From the IMG/VR virus record IMGVR_UViG_3300032373_000048, positions 1 through 38,349 of that record: 38,349 bases of DNA; one strand, given 5' to 3'. This DNA comes from a virus (taxonomy: Duplodnaviria > Caudoviricetes). Positions 15,770-25,787 of this stretch are shown piece by piece. Position numbers and translations under genes: made by a program. Position 1 is the stretch's first letter. Every line of letters begins with the position of its first letter. The notes under the pieces are model-generated. The model searched no databases and was not told where the DNA came from. It saw only the letters and a list, made by a program, of their open reading frames with translations.

Positions 15770-16118
15770 TAGAACAATCAAGGTTCTTGAGAACAACAGA
15801 TTGGTCACACGCGGCGCATCCAGTGATGGGCGCAACGCCACGATTGAAGTTGACGAGGACGAAACCTTACCAATAACGGTTGATTGGTCTGGCTGGCTGG
15901 GTAGCGACACGATAGCCAGTGTGACCAATGAAGCGACAGGCCCAAGTGTTTCAGGCGAAAGCAACACAACGACCACGGCGGCGCTTTCTGTCTCAGGTGA
16001 TCCGGGCTTGATTGAACACAGGATCACAACAGCGGCAGGCGCGGTCAAAGAATTGCGTGTGTGGGTCGCATCACCGAACGGCGTTCCAAACCGCACATAT
16101 CGACGGGATTGTATCTGA
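15762..16118 (+). CDS. Fiber-tail adaptor-like virion protein
   Basis: DETLPITVDWSGWLGSDTIAS...ITTAAG motif. Confidence 0.55.
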   Translation: MADRTIKVLENNRLVTRGASSDGRNATIEVDEDETLPITVDWSGWLGSDTIASVTNEATGPSVSGESNTTTTAALSVSGDPGLIEHRITTAAGAVKELRVWVASPNGVPNRTYRRDCI

Positions 16119-16369
16119 TGCCTCGCAAGGCTGGATACCGACACACGGAAGAATGCCGAGCCAAGATTCAAGCCACGTCGCTGATTAACCGAATGCAGCA
16201 AATCGCCCTTGGGGAGGTGGTAGCGGACGCGACACAGGTTAACGCTGCAAAGGCGTTGCTTTCCAAAGTGTTGCCCGATCTTAAAGCGGTTGAACACTCT
16301 GGCGACCCTGAACGGCCACAACAGCATGTTGCGAGGGTTGAATGGGTAGTGGTCAAACCCTCCGAATAG
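16118..16369 (+). CDS. terS: Terminase small subunit
   Basis: RAKIQ...LINR....ALG......Q..AA..LL.KVLPDLKAVEHSGD; overlaps terL. Confidence 0.75.
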   Translation: MPRKAGYRHTEECRAKIQATSLINRMQQIALGEVVADATQVNAAKALLSKVLPDLKAVEHSGDPERPQQHVARVEWVVVKPSE

Positions 16370-17661
16370 AGGTCGGCACAGAGAAGTTCTTACCCCTTCT
16401 CGAAAAGAAAACATTCAAGGCGGCTCACGGTGGTCGCGCTGGTATGAAGTCATACTTCTTCGCGGACATGCACATTGCGCGGGCTGTGTCTCAGCCGGGG
16501 TATAGGGCTTTGTGTTTGCGCGAGGTCCAGAAGTCCATCAAGGAATCGAGCAAGTTCCTGCTTGAAGAAAGAATACAGCACTACGGCGTCGGGCATATGT
16601 TCGAGGTTTTGGATACAGAGATACGCGGGCCGGGTGATGGTCAGTTTGTGTTCCAGGGGATGCGAGACCACACGGCGGAGTCAATCAAGTCGTTTGAGGG
16701 CTTTGATGTCGCGGACATAGAGGAAGCGCAGACAGTCAGACAGCGTTCGCTTGACCTGCTAGTGCCAACGATTGTTCGCCGCGCTGGTGCGGAGGTATGG
16801 GCGCGCTGGAATCCACGGTACGACGCAGACCCGATTGACAAGATGTTCAGGGGCGGAACCAAGCCGCCCAACAGTGTGACCGTTGAAGTCACATACAAAG
16901 ACAATCCCTGGCTCTCTGATGAGATCAAAGCGCAAATTGCTGCGGATTATGCCTCTGACCCTGAAAAGGCGGAACATGTCTGGGGTGGTGGCTATGAGAT
17001 CATCACTGAGGGCGCTTATTATGCCCGCTTGCTGGCTGAGGCTGACAAGGAAGATCGGATAGGCGAATTTGGCTGGGATGAAAGCCTGCCTGTCGACACG
17101 GCTTGGGACATTGGCGTTGATGATTACACGGCCATTTGGTTTATCCAGCGCAACGGCGGCAAGGCCCGCGCGATAGATTATTATGAGGTTTCAGGCGAGG
17201 GCGCGGAATACATTGTTTTCGACGCGCTCAATTCAAAGCCTTATGATTACGGCACACACTATCTGCCGCACGACGTTGAGAACAGGGAATGGGGTGCAGG
17301 CGCAAGGAAGCGCCGGGACACGCTGACATCGCTAGGCGTTCGCAATATCAGGACAGGCACAAGGCTTGGCCCTGCGGAGCGCATCAATGCTAGCCGTGTT
17401 CTTATTCCGTTGATGGAGTTTGACGCGGTGGGGTGTGCGCTAGGAATCAAACGGCTGCGCAATTACCGGCGCAAGTTCAACAATCAGATGGAAGTGTTTG
17501 GCGGTCCCTTGCACGACGACAACAGCCACGGGGCTGATGCGTTCGGGGAATACGCGCTGAATTGCTCATTGGTTCAACAGGCCAAGGCCCGCGCGGTCGA
17601 TGTCAAGCCTGCTGATTATGAGCCGCAGAGACAAGATACAGGTGACGACTCATGGCTATGA
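16342..17661 (+). CDS. terL: Terminase large subunit (PBSX/P22-like)
   Basis: GGRAGMKS Walker A, CLREVQKSI, DIEEAQ Walker B, WNP, AWDIG..DYTAIW, HDDNSHGADAF. Confidence 0.95.
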   Translation: MGSGQTLRIEVGTEKFLPLLEKKTFKAAHGGRAGMKSYFFADMHIARAVSQPGYRALCLREVQKSIKESSKFLLEERIQHYGVGHMFEVLDTEIRGPGDGQFVFQGMRDHTAESIKSFEGFDVADIEEAQTVRQRSLDLLVPTIVRRAGAEVWARWNPRYDADPIDKMFRGGTKPPNSVTVEVTYKDNPWLSDEIKAQIAADYASDPEKAEHVWGGGYEIITEGAYYARLLAEADKEDRIGEFGWDESLPVDTAWDIGVDDYTAIWFIQRNGGKARAIDYYEVSGEGAEYIVFDALNSKPYDYGTHYLPHDVENREWGAGARKRRDTLTSLGVRNIRTGTRLGPAERINASRVLIPLMEFDAVGCALGIKRLRNYRRKFNNQMEVFGGPLHDDNSHGADAFGEYALNCSLVQQAKARAVDVKPADYEPQRQDTGDDSWL

Positions 17662-19469
17662 TGGAAATGCAAGAGCCAGAGTTCGAAAGTAAGGGGCTCG
17701 ATGACCTTAAAAAGATGTTCCAGCGGTCTGTGGATGCGCAGGACACGGCGCGCATCATGGCAAGGCGTGATCGGGACTGGTACGACAATTACGACAACAC
17801 GCAATGGACGGACGAAGAAAAGAACGAATTAAAGTCACGCGGCCAGCCTGTTGTGACGGCAAATTATATCCGCCGCAAGATCAACTTCCTGTTGGGCTTT
17901 GAACAACGGTCACGTTCTGACCCGCGCGCTTACCCCCGCAATCCCAACGATGACCAGGCCGCGCAGACAGTCACAGAAGTTCTTGATTACGTCGATGACA
18001 ACAGCCTGTTTGACCAAACGGGGTCGCAATGCTTTTTCGACCTGTGCTGGTCCGGCATTGAAGCGGCTGAAGTGACGTTTGAAAATGACGAGATCGGCGC
18101 GGTACGCATCGACCCCGAAAAGTTCTTTTACGATCCGCGCTCAAGGGAAAAAGACTTCAGTGATGCGCGCTATATGGGTTATTCCGATTGGTATGACCTA
18201 GACGAAGCGATTGAGTTATTCCCCGGCAAGCGTGAGGAAATCGAGGCGTCTTGCGATGAAGGCGATGCGCCCGATGAAGGCCATGAGGACAAGCCGGAGA
18301 TTTGGTCGGACCGTGACCGCAAGCGTGTCCGCATTGTGGTGGTCTATTACAAGATAGGCGCAAGTGGGTGGGGTTATGCCTATCACACAGGCGCTGAAGT
18401 GCTTGAGGAAGGCGAAAGCCGCTATCTGAACGAAGATGGCAAGCCGTCCTGCGCTATCATTGCTCAATCGGCCTATGTGACGCGCTCCAATGAGCGTTAT
18501 GGCGTTATTCGGGATATGATCACCCCGCAAATGGAGGTCAATTACCGCCGTTCAATGTCGCTATTTCTGCTGAAAAACCGCAGACTATGGGCGCGGGGCA
18601 AAGATGTGTTCCCAAGCCCTAATATCGCCAAGCGTGAAGCGGCGAAGGCTGACGGGCTTCTGATCGCCAACGGTGCATTAGGTCAGGATTGGGGTTTCAT
18701 TGATTCAACCGCAGAGATAGCGGGCAATCTCGAATTGATGCAGGACGCGAAAAGCATTCTGGAAAGTCAGGGGCCGAATGCGGGCTTGCAGGGGCGGGGT
18801 GTTGAAGGCCAATCAGGCCGGGCGATTATCGCGCAACAGCAATCGGGCCTGACAGAAGAAAACACGCTGTTCGATGCGCACAACGCATGGAAATTGCGCA
18901 TCTACCGGGCATTCTGGGCGCGCGCCAAACAGTTCTGGACCAATGAGCGGTATGTTCGTGTGACGGATGAAGAAAACGCCGCGCAGTTCACACATGTCAA
19001 CAAACCTATCGTGCAGATGGACCCAATGACCGGGCAGCAAGTGGTTGTCGGCATGGAAAATGCGCTGGCCCAGATGGACGTTGACATTATCATTGAGGCC
19101 GGGCCGGATTCCATCACCTTGCAGCATGAGCAATTCGAACAGATTGCGGGCTTGATCCCCAATCTTGTGAATTTGCCGCCGCAGTATGCCTTGATGCTGA
19201 TTGAGGCGTCACAGCTTGGTGGTGAGACGAAACAGAAAATGCGAGAGGTCTTGCAACAGTCTGCGGAAAACCCCGCTGCACAGATGCAGGCTCAGATGGA
19301 AATGATGAAGGGCCAGTTGGAGATGGCGAAGGGGCAGGCGGAGATTGCGGAGACGGAATCGAAAACCGGGCTGAACAAGGCCAAGACCATCGAGACGGCG
19401 ACGGATGCAGCCAAGACGGCTGCTGAAGCCTCGGTCCCTCAATTCGTGTCCGGTCAGCCGGGCTTTTAG
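17652..19469 (+). CDS. Portal protein (P22-like)
   Basis: QWT.......RGQP..T.N.I.RKI..L.G.E, FYDP.S...DFSDARY, SGRAI..QQ, DIII..GP; Gln-rich C-terminal barrel. Confidence 0.93.
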   Translation: MAMMEMQEPEFESKGLDDLKKMFQRSVDAQDTARIMARRDRDWYDNYDNTQWTDEEKNELKSRGQPVVTANYIRRKINFLLGFEQRSRSDPRAYPRNPNDDQAAQTVTEVLDYVDDNSLFDQTGSQCFFDLCWSGIEAAEVTFENDEIGAVRIDPEKFFYDPRSREKDFSDARYMGYSDWYDLDEAIELFPGKREEIEASCDEGDAPDEGHEDKPEIWSDRDRKRVRIVVVYYKIGASGWGYAYHTGAEVLEEGESRYLNEDGKPSCAIIAQSAYVTRSNERYGVIRDMITPQMEVNYRRSMSLFLLKNRRLWARGKDVFPSPNIAKREAAKADGLLIANGALGQDWGFIDSTAEIAGNLELMQDAKSILESQGPNAGLQGRGVEGQSGRAIIAQQQSGLTEENTLFDAHNAWKLRIYRAFWARAKQFWTNERYVRVTDEENAAQFTHVNKPIVQMDPMTGQQVVVGMENALAQMDVDIIIEAGPDSITLQHEQFEQIAGLIPNLVNLPPQYALMLIEASQLGGETKQKMREVLQQSAENPAAQMQAQMEMMKGQLEMAKGQAEIAETESKTGLNKAKTIETATDAAKTAAEASVPQFVSGQPGF

Positions 19470-19488
19470 CCGAAAGGTCAAACAAGTT

Positions 19489-19597
19489 TCGCCCTGCGTT
19501 CTGCGCGGGGTGTTTTCCTATGCGTGAAGCATGGGAGCCGCCGCCGGGCTTCGGGCGATTCGTGCCGCCGACGATACGGGCGTGAGTGAGAGAATAA
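19489..19597 (+). promoter_or_regulatory. Structured leader of the scaffold gene with a duplicated GCCGCCG-N5/6-CGGGCG motif
   Basis: Hairpins 19489-19512 and 19516-19536; motif copies at 19540-19557 and 19564-19582. Confidence 0.5.
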
Positions 19598-20392
19598 ATG
19601 GCTACGGAAGACGACGACTTTGACGCAATGATGGCTGACGACGAGCCGGAGATGGTGGGAACACCGGACACTGGTAAAGCAGATGCCAAGGGCGAAAAAC
19701 ACGAAACCGCGAGCGCGGAACCCGATCAGGCTGACATGAAAGAGCCTGAGACGGACGATAGCGCGCAAAGCGGAGAGGACGATGCGCCGCCTGCATCGGA
19801 CGGACGGCAAGGCCATATTCCGATAGCGACACTGCTTGATGAGCGTGAGAAGCGCCAGAAAGCGGAACAACGAGCCGAAGAAATCGAGCGAAAGCTCCGT
19901 GACTTCGAAACCCAAAAACAATCGGAAGCGAACGAAAAACCCGCGCCCGATCCCATTGATGACCCGCAAGCCTACAATCAGCACATAGAACGCATTGCGA
20001 CCATGCAACGCTTTGCCACGCTAGAGGCTGTCGCAAGAGACAGTCACGGCGATGACAAGGTGGAAGCCGCGCAAAACGACTTTAAGGCACAGGCCGATAA
20101 AAACCCGTCATTGTGGCAGGAGTTTTATCAAGCCCGGTCGCCTTATGGCTATTTGCTGAAATGGCATGAGCGCCAATCTGTTCTGTCTGAAATTGGTGAA
20201 GACCCTGCCGCCTATCGTGAGCGCATCCGTCAGGAAGTGTTAGCGGAGGCACAGGCTCAAGCCGAACAGCCAGCCGGTCAGCCTGCATCACGTCCAGCCA
20301 ATCCGCCGCCGTCATTGGCGCGCGGTGGTCAGGGCGGTGCTACGCCAGAAACAATGGGTGAAGACGAGGCGTTTTCAGCCGCTTTCCGATAA
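19598..20392 (+). CDS. Capsid scaffolding protein
   Basis: Acidic, IP...LLDEREKRQ coiled coil, PDPIDDP, PPSLA; lies between portal and capsid. Confidence 0.85.
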   Translation: MATEDDDFDAMMADDEPEMVGTPDTGKADAKGEKHETASAEPDQADMKEPETDDSAQSGEDDAPPASDGRQGHIPIATLLDEREKRQKAEQRAEEIERKLRDFETQKQSEANEKPAPDPIDDPQAYNQHIERIATMQRFATLEAVARDSHGDDKVEAAQNDFKAQADKNPSLWQEFYQARSPYGYLLKWHERQSVLSEIGEDPAAYRERIRQEVLAEAQAQAEQPAGQPASRPANPPPSLARGGQGGATPETMGEDEAFSAAFR

Positions 20393-20407
20393 TCATCGGA
20401 GAATAAA

Positions 20408-21496
20408 ATGGCCACATCAACGGTCAATACCAACTCCATTCTCAAGAAGTACGAATCCAATTATTTCAAGGAATTTGTGCGCGAGAGTGGATTCAAGCCC
20501 TATATGGGCGCATCTGCCCTTTCCCCGTTTGTTGTTAAGCGTCAGCTTATCTCAGGCGGTCAGGTCATTAACATTCCCCTTGTCTCCGCCCTCAACGGCG
20601 ACGGCAAAGGCACCGGCACACTGGTCGGCAACGAGGAAGCCCTTGGCAATTACAGCTATGACGTGAAGCCATATTGGCATCGTCACGCTGTGCTTGTTGA
20701 CAAGGAACAAGCCCACATCTCGTCTTTTGACATGAAATCCGCTGCGCGGGACATGCTCAAAGTCTGGGAAATGGACGAACTGCGTGATGGTATCATCAAC
20801 GCTTTGTCATCGGTCGCGGAAGTTTCCGGTTCCTATGACGGCGCTGCTGGTCATCCCAAGCAGGTGTTCCTGTCTGAAGCCACTACGGCACAGAAGAATG
20901 CGTTTGCTGCGGCGAACCAGTTCCGCTTGCTGTTTGGTGCGGCTGAATCCAACTACAGTGCAACGTGGGCAACCGCGCTGGCGACTGTTGGTTCAGGCGA
21001 CGAGTTGGGCCTTGAAGAAATTGAACTGATGAAGCGCATGGCTCGCCGTCGCGTCAAAGGTTCGTATCCTTCAATTCGTCCGCTGCGCGTTGCAGGCAAC
21101 CGTGAGTACTATGTCGGCTTCACCGGCTCGCTGAACTTTGCGAAGCTGAAAGCTGCCATGCGTACAGCCAACCTCGATGGGCGGCCTCGTGATGTCGAAA
21201 ACAACCCTGTATTCCAGGACGGCGACCTTGAGTGGGATGGCGTGATTATTCGGGAAATCCCGGAAATTGCGACCGGCACTGCTGCGGGTCTGTCGGCTAA
21301 CCAGGAGCCGTTCTATCTTTGCGGGGCGCAAGCCCTCGGTATCGCTTGGGGTCAAACTCCACGCGCGACTGAACGCAAGGAAGACGATTATGGCTTCCAG
21401 TACGGTAAAGGCACCGAGTCCCTGTGGGCGGCTGAGAAGCTGACCTACAACGGGCTGGACCACGGCGTTCTTACCGGCTTCTTCTACACAGCTTAA
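20408..21496 (+). CDS. Major capsid protein (DUF4043/N4-gp56-like)
   Basis: L.G.G......LVGNEEAL, NPVF..G...WDGVIIRE, LCGAQAL..AWG, DYG. Confidence 0.9.
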   Translation: MATSTVNTNSILKKYESNYFKEFVRESGFKPYMGASALSPFVVKRQLISGGQVINIPLVSALNGDGKGTGTLVGNEEALGNYSYDVKPYWHRHAVLVDKEQAHISSFDMKSAARDMLKVWEMDELRDGIINALSSVAEVSGSYDGAAGHPKQVFLSEATTAQKNAFAAANQFRLLFGAAESNYSATWATALATVGSGDELGLEEIELMKRMARRRVKGSYPSIRPLRVAGNREYYVGFTGSLNFAKLKAAMRTANLDGRPRDVENNPVFQDGDLEWDGVIIREIPEIATGTAAGLSANQEPFYLCGAQALGIAWGQTPRATERKEDDYGFQYGKGTESLWAAEKLTYNGLDHGVLTGFFYTA

Positions 21497-21509
21497 GGAG
21501 GCTTAAACT

Positions 21510-21896
21510 ATGACGACTCCTGCACGTAACGATGGCTCGCAGGCCGTCCAAACGATCACCAAGGACATCGCGTTCTCGGACGTTGACACGACTGTAACGG
21601 TGGGCGTTCTGCCTGCCGGTGCGGTTGTGCTTCGCGCCGGGGCGATTGTGTCCACGGCGTTCAATTCCGGCTCTACGGACATTCTCGACATCGGCACGTC
21701 TGCCGACTCTGACGGGTTTGCAACCGACATTTCGCTGGCGACAATCGGTGTGATTGCTGCTGACGAGATGGCAACGACCAATGACGCGGGTCCGTATGCG
21801 TCGGATACCACGATTGTCTGTGTTCCGGCACAAACCGGCACGGCGGCTTCGGCTGGCGCTGCTCGCGTTTATGTCGAATTCATCGCGGACAACTAG
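21510..21896 (+). CDS. Capsid decoration/cement protein
   Basis: LPAGAVV.......TAFNSG....LDIG; directly follows the capsid gene with AAGGAGG RBS. Confidence 0.7.
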   Translation: MTTPARNDGSQAVQTITKDIAFSDVDTTVTVGVLPAGAVVLRAGAIVSTAFNSGSTDILDIGTSADSDGFATDISLATIGVIAADEMATTNDAGPYASDTTIVCVPAQTGTAASAGAARVYVEFIADN

Positions 21897-22607
21897 ATGA
21901 AGATCGCCCTGCTGACACCTTCCCGTGACGGGAGGGCGCATCTTGATCACTCAGAGGCGGTCGCGGCAACACGTATAGAAGCGTTGCGCCGTGGCCGTCC
22001 TTTGATCCGCCTGATTGGCAAAGGCTCGGCAAACCTGCCGCGCAATCGCAATCTGTTGGCGGCTGAAGCCCTTGCACAAGGGGCTGACATTCTTTTGTGG
22101 GTTGATTGTGACATTGCATTCAATCCGGCTGATGTGTTCCGGCTGGCTGATCTGGCACAGAAACACGGCGTTGTCGCGGCGCTACCCCAAGCGCGAACAC
22201 ATGATTACGGCGAACAGGCCCGCATTGCCGGGGTGCTTGTGAACGCTGACAAGAACGATGATGGGCTGATTGAGGCCAAGGCGCTGCCAACGGCATTCAT
22301 GGCGGTGCGCGCTGATGTTTTCCAGACCCTGATTGATGAAGGTAGGGCGAAAGAATTTGTCTGTCCTGCTGCCCCCCATTTGACGGTGTTTAACTGGTTT
22401 TTCTACGAATTGCGTCCTTGCGATGAGCAACCGGGCAAGCTGCAAGACGACGCTGAGGATTATTATTTTTGCCGGAAATGGAGTGAGGTTGGGGGCAAGC
22501 TGTGGGCTGTCCCTGATATGCGCCTTGCTCATTACGAGGGCTTGGTCAGGCATTCGCTTTGCCTTGAAGATGTGATTGGAGCGCAAGATGGCGGCGACGA
22601 AGGCTGA
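21897..22607 (+). CDS. GT-A fold glycosyltransferase-like protein
   Basis: KIALLTP, RNRNLLA, LLWVDCD (DxD), AFMAVRADVF, EDYYFCRKW...GG..W......L.H. Confidence 0.8.
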   Translation: MKIALLTPSRDGRAHLDHSEAVAATRIEALRRGRPLIRLIGKGSANLPRNRNLLAAEALAQGADILLWVDCDIAFNPADVFRLADLAQKHGVVAALPQARTHDYGEQARIAGVLVNADKNDDGLIEAKALPTAFMAVRADVFQTLIDEGRAKEFVCPAAPHLTVFNWFFYELRPCDEQPGKLQDDAEDYYFCRKWSEVGGKLWAVPDMRLAHYEGLVRHSLCLEDVIGAQDGGDEG

Positions 22608-22935
22608 TCTACGCAATGCTGTTTTGCGGTATTTGTCCGTTATGCCTGAAGGGCAGGCGGCAAGTGCGCACCAGGCTGATGTTGTGGACACGGCGATAGA
22701 CCGTGAGCATGAATGGCTTGAGGCTGACGGCATTGCCTACTGGGCGACAAGCGCAATCCCCGACGGGGTAGTTAATCCATTGCGTGAGTATATCGCCGGG
22801 GTGGTTGCGCCTGAATTGATGGAACCGCAACGCGCGGGGCCATATGTGATGGGCAAGAGTGAGGGCTTGCAACGCCTTCGCCGGTTTACGGCTGCGGTTG
22901 CGATGACCGGCCCTGCTGCGGCGCATTATTTCTAA
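22588..22935 (+). CDS. Head-tail adaptor (P22 gp4 position)
   Basis: DL..AVLR.L.V...GQ helical protein preceding the hub gene. Confidence 0.7.
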   Translation: MAATKADLRNAVLRYLSVMPEGQAASAHQADVVDTAIDREHEWLEADGIAYWATSAIPDGVVNPLREYIAGVVAPELMEPQRAGPYVMGKSEGLQRLRRFTAAVAMTGPAAAHYF

Positions 22936-24374
22936 TGCCCGCGCAATTCCTTCCTCTTGGCGCTGATAGCTATGAGGATAATTCATACGGCTTCCCTACA
23001 CTGAAGCTGGAAAACTGGTTTGCAGAAACAAGCCCTGACCGAAATGATCGGCCTTACCGCTTGTTGCCAACGCCGGGGCTGACCAGCTTTGCAACGGGGC
23101 TCAATGGCGCTGTGCGCGGCATGTTTCAGGCTGACGGGCTGTTATCGTCCAAGGCGGTCCTTGTGGCTGGCACAAAATCGTATTCGATGACAGATGCAGG
23201 TGTGACGGCAGAAATTGCGGTCAAGGCTGGCTCAACGGCTATTGGCTCGACTTATGCCGCGCGGTTCTCCGGTTCACAGCTTGATCTGTGCATGACGGTT
23301 GGCGGGAATGCTTACGTGATTGATGGAACCCCTGAATGGGTTGACATCACGGTTGGCGCTTCGTCGGGCGATATTGTTGACACGGCGGAAGTCGCACAGC
23401 GTCATTTGTTCCTTGAGAATGGAACGGGGCGTTTCTGGTGGTCTGATCCGGCTGATGCTGGAACGGTGCAGGCAACATCATTTGCCACGGCAGAGAGCGA
23501 GCCTGACAACCTTCTAGCCCTTCGCGTGTTTGGCGAGGCGGTGTATTTGTTCGGCACGCAATCAACAGAATTGTGGGGCTATACAGGCGATACAGAGGTT
23601 CCTTTCCGGCCTTTGGGGCTATCTATCCCTGTTGGCATTGTAGGGCGTGAGGCTATCGCTGCGGCAGATTTTGGGATTTTCGCGGTTGGTATCGACCGCA
23701 ACGCCGGATCAACGGTGGTGTATCGTGTAGAGCAGGGACGCCCTGTTCGCATATCGACGCATCCGATTGAACGGTTGATTGAGAATGTAACGGCGGCAAG
23801 CCGTCCTGACATCAAGGTTTCGGTGCATGGTTGGGGTGGTCATGTCTTTGTTGGCCTTCACCTGCCTGCGGTGGGCGATTATTTCTATGACGTGGCTGGC
23901 GGGACGTGGCATCGCCGCAAAGAGATTGGCGACGAGCGCCATGTAACAGACATTTATCTAGCGGCGTTTTCAAAGGTGTTCGCCGGGTCACGCACGGCAG
24001 GCACTATATATCGCCTTGACCGTGATGTTTATGAACATGACGGGTCTGCGGTTCGCCGCGTGGCGCAAGTGTTGGTTCCTGTCCCTGATGGACGTCCACC
24101 GCTTGACAATCTGACGGTTGACATGGCCCCCGGTGTTGGCTTGGTGTCGGGACAAGGTTCTGACCCGCAAGTGATGATGCGTCATTCGCCAAACGGGCGG
24201 ACATGGAGCAATGAGGTCACGCGGTCCTTTGGTGGGCTGGGCGAGTTTGACACGCGGGCGGTCTTTGACTCGCTTGGACGATTTGCACCGCCTGTCATGG
24301 GTGTTGAGATTGCGGTTTCTGACCCTGTGCCTGCAACGGTAACGGGGTTGGTAGCTAACCGGACGCGGCCATGA
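22935..24374 (+). CDS. Tail hub / DNA stabilization protein (P22 gp10-like)
   Basis: PTPGL, SFATAESEPD, FG..STE.W..TG, RISTHPIE, YD.....WH.R, DPQVM...S..GRTWS. Confidence 0.88.
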   Translation: MPAQFLPLGADSYEDNSYGFPTLKLENWFAETSPDRNDRPYRLLPTPGLTSFATGLNGAVRGMFQADGLLSSKAVLVAGTKSYSMTDAGVTAEIAVKAGSTAIGSTYAARFSGSQLDLCMTVGGNAYVIDGTPEWVDITVGASSGDIVDTAEVAQRHLFLENGTGRFWWSDPADAGTVQATSFATAESEPDNLLALRVFGEAVYLFGTQSTELWGYTGDTEVPFRPLGLSIPVGIVGREAIAAADFGIFAVGIDRNAGSTVVYRVEQGRPVRISTHPIERLIENVTAASRPDIKVSVHGWGGHVFVGLHLPAVGDYFYDVAGGTWHRRKEIGDERHVTDIYLAAFSKVFAGSRTAGTIYRLDRDVYEHDGSAVRRVAQVLVPVPDGRPPLDNLTVDMAPGVGLVSGQGSDPQVMMRHSPNGRTWSNEVTRSFGGLGEFDTRAVFDSLGRFAPPVMGVEIAVSDPVPATVTGLVANRTRP

Positions 24375-25441
24375 GTGACAAGCGCATTCCGATCCGCGTT
24401 CCTGAGGTTCGCATTGAACAGAAAATTGTTGATGAAGATGGAAGGCCAACGCTTGATTTCTGGCGGGCCTTTGAGGGGCTAAAGACACGGCTTGGCGGGG
24501 CGGAAGATTTGCCCTTTCAGCTTGGTGTGTTGTCGGAATCGGCCACGGCGGGTTTGCAGGCGGTAGAGGAAAGAATCGAGGCGTTAGAGGCTCGCGCTAC
24601 GGATGGTGAGCAGACAGGCGCAGAGAATGATTTACGCGCTGAACTGGAAGCCTTGCGCGCTGGTCTGGATGCTTCGCAGGCCGACATACAGGCCGCATTG
24701 GAGGAAGTCACAGCCCGCACGGCACGAGCATTTGAAGACGTAGAGGAACGCGAACTGACACGCCCGATTGGGCTTGAGGCGGTTGGTGGCGACGATGTTA
24801 TTTCTGGCTTTGCCTTGCTTGAGACGGGCAGCGGATCGCCTACACCGACCAAAACACGCTTCTATGTGGACACAGATACCGGCACACAATGGTATGACAA
24901 CGGCACAACTGTCAGGCGCACCAATTCACAAGTCCTGACAGGGGCAGCGACAGAGGACACTTACACGGCCACGGTTCCGACCGTTGTTGCCAAGGTGCAT
25001 TTTCCGTCCGTTTCACTGTCTGATGAGGTTTTGTTTCTCATTCTGGAAACGGCGTACACCGATTCATCTGCGGCGGCGACAGATGCTGCGGTGACTGCGC
25101 AATGGTCACTATATGCCTTCGTGGATGCGAGTAACACGGTTGCAGCGGGTGACAATGCCCTGACGGCAGGCACGGCACGCGCGCAAATATGGGCGGGCGC
25201 TTCTGGTGGTCTGACATTTCAGCTTAGCGGGTCTGATGTTCTGGAAGACGCAAACGATTTGCAGTCAGCACGGGCCGATTCATCGACGCGGGCGGAATAC
25301 TATTTCGGCACAAATGCCAGCACGTTTGACGGGGAAAACGTCACGATTGCCTTGTGTCTGGACATTATCAGCGCCCCAACGGGCAGCGATGGCGTGAACC
25401 TCGACACAGGCACAACCTTTACAGCACGACTTTCATCTTAG
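24371..25441 (+). CDS. Tail needle/fiber-like virion protein (gp26 position)
   Basis: IVD.DGRPT..F N-terminus, coiled coil, beta-rich C-terminal domain. Confidence 0.6.
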   Translation: MSDKRIPIRVPEVRIEQKIVDEDGRPTLDFWRAFEGLKTRLGGAEDLPFQLGVLSESATAGLQAVEERIEALEARATDGEQTGAENDLRAELEALRAGLDASQADIQAALEEVTARTARAFEDVEERELTRPIGLEAVGGDDVISGFALLETGSGSPTPTKTRFYVDTDTGTQWYDNGTTVRRTNSQVLTGAATEDTYTATVPTVVAKVHFPSVSLSDEVLFLILETAYTDSSAAATDAAVTAQWSLYAFVDASNTVAAGDNALTAGTARAQIWAGASGGLTFQLSGSDVLEDANDLQSARADSSTRAEYYFGTNASTFDGENVTIALCLDIISAPTGSDGVNLDTGTTFTARLSS

Positions 25442-25451
25442 GAGGCCATAA

Positions 25452-25787
25452 ATGGCACTTCAAAATCTCAACGTCAAAGGCCAGCTTGCCAACTCGGCAG
25501 GCGCATTGCTTACGGCGGGAACCAATCAGAGTTTCATCATTCAGAAGATCACGCTTGCCAATGCGTCGGGCGCTGATGTGGCTGATATAAAACTGTTTAT
25601 CTATGCAAGCGGCGGTTCGGCGGGCAATACCAATCAAGTGTATTATCTCGGCTCGTTGGCTGATGATGATCAGGTCACGGTGGCGCTAGGCAATCACACG
25701 CTGCGCGATGGCGACGTGTTGGCGGGTGTGGCGGGAACAAACACGGCTGTCAATTACGTGATCAGCTACGCCAAGCGCACTGACTAA
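25452..25787 (+). CDS. Small beta-sandwich virion protein
   Basis: II.KITLAN...L..GD.L...A....AV; AGGAGG RBS. Confidence 0.6.
   Translation: MALQNLNVKGQLANSAGALLTAGTNQSFIIQKITLANASGADVADIKLFIYASGGSAGNTNQVYYLGSLADDDQVTVALGNHTLRDGDVLAGVAGTNTAVNYVISYAKRTD

Noticed and set aside
21894-21899. Programmed stop read-through fusing decoration protein to glycosyltransferase (also TAG-ATG at 520-525)
   Set aside because: In-frame adjacency alone is common in compact genomes; the equivalent junction in allele B uses TAA, and other genes end in TAG normally, so there is no sign of recoding
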